DNA of 63,836 nt, filler included, from Reclinomonas americana ATCC 50394 (taxonomy: Eukaryota): NCBI GenBank assembly GCA_048213135.1. It is 5 parts of 4 records of this genome, joined end to end, with 100 filler letters (N's around TTAATTAATTAA, not from the genome) between each part and the next. Parts side by side here need not be neighbours in the genome. Positions count along the whole stretch, not along the records: positions 61,160 to 63,836 come from PS015467.1; 4 more parts are not named here. One strand, given 5' to 3'. The notes under the pieces were generated by a model. That model was not told where the DNA came from, did no database searches, and saw nothing but the letters and a program-made list of their open reading frames with translations. Positions 62,788 through 63,836 of this stretch are shown piece after piece. Numbering within the stretch: the first letter of the stretch is position 1; each line of letters starts with the position of its first letter. The translations under genes and the position numbers were made by a program.

Positions 62788-63836
62788 TCACCAGGCCGCC
62801 GCCGACGACGGCAGCGTCGTGTCTTCTCTCTTGCCGCCTCGTGATCTCTCGCTCGCCTTTGGCACCGCCGCCGTGGCCGCGTCCACCTGCGCCTCGTCGA
62901 CAGACCGGCACGAGCTCGGCAAGTAGACCACCGAGCCCAACAGGAAGAAGCCGGAACCGACGGCCCACGCCACACTCGCCACGTCCTCACGCCACGCGGC
63001 CAAGTACAGCGCTCCACCCAGCAAAAAGCACACAGCGCCGCAGATAAACACCGATGGAGCCACAACAGCGGCGACACACGGTCGCCTGCAGCTGCCCGCC
63101 GGCAGCGTCACCAGGCTCCACACGCCCGCAGTGATGTACGACAACGACCCGAAGCGATACGTCCAGTTGCCTGCACACCAGACAGTGAGCGACCATACAC
63201 GCACACACGCCCAGTGCACACACTGTGGATGCACCAACAAGCGATCCAGTGTGACCAAACGACGGCCAAAAGCCGACCGAGCCCACGAGGAAGAGCAGAC
63301 CGCCGAGCACCGAGAACATCACACGCACCATCGACCAGTACGGCCACCGCGGCACCGGCGTCGACTGCAACAACAACCGCGACGACTCGTTGATGGACGA
63401 CTGGAAAGACGACGAGTGAGCATGCAAGCAGTGAGAGTTCGGGAATGCGGAAAGAGAACCGTCATTGACGCCTCTCGTTGCTGCTTCCGTGTGGCCGCCC
63501 ACTGATCCATTGCATTCTGCAACGCCGCAGTCGTGAAGAACGCCGATCCGATGATGAACCCGAGCACGCCCATGTGATACAACGTGAAGGGCGACGACGT
63601 TGATGCAGACGAAGACACAATCACCGACGACACTGTCGGGTAAAAGAAGATGCTGGCAGCAATGAAGAGCACCGAGCCGATAATGTAGAACGTGGTGTTG
63701 ATGATGGCCGCCACGTTCTTGCGTCGCCTCATCTCACAAAGTGTGCAGGACAACTCCGTCACTCGCGTGTGTTCTTGTTCATTGGAGACATGGACGTGGA
63801 CTCATTCACTGCGCAGGCGCTCAAGGGCGCGCGGTT
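62788..63836 (-). CDS. Multi-pass membrane protein with YrhK-like helical-hairpin repeats; 5' end outside window
   Basis: Repeated NxxFYIIGSVLFIAASIFF / LGGLLFLVGSVGF / GFIIGSAFF / WAVGSGFFLLGS segments. Confidence 0.7.

Noticed and set aside
1..63836. Alternative genetic code or U12-type introns
   Set aside because: Stops in the ORF track are explained by introns, genes end in TAA, TAG and TGA, and no GTATCCTT/ATATCCTT donors were noticed.

Overview
Intron-rich, gene-dense eukaryotic (protist-like) draft assembly. Introns are mostly about 55-110 nt. The window has many (CT)n/(GT)n microsatellites, N gaps and four artificial TTAATTAATTAA six-frame-stop linkers. About 13 spliced genes were reconstructed by hand: two giant NHL-propeller/FN3-like surface proteins, a half-size ABC transporter, a class-3 lipase, a possible ciliary MIP-like protein, an AHSLG alpha/beta hydrolase, an ependymin-like protein, an SMT2-like sterol methyltransferase, a RAMA-domain protein, a TPR-coiled-coil-kinase-RING protein, a Cys-rich EGF-like protein, a SPRY protein and a YrhK-like protein. 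The most unusual signal is the splicing system. First, reading-frame and motif continuity call for extreme microexons: two consecutive 1-nt exons building one Pro codon, a 2-nt exon in the lipase DIVPxLPP motif, and two consecutive 4-nt exons before the kinase HRDLK motif. Second, about 30 introns use a one-base-shifted donor (GTTGCG, also GTTTCG and GTTACG), and in every case counted the upstream exon does not end in G. The NHL proteins also show a repeated domain-within-domain architecture, with a propeller inserted into a split FN3-like domain. All gene models and family assignments are manual inferences without RNA data or database searches.
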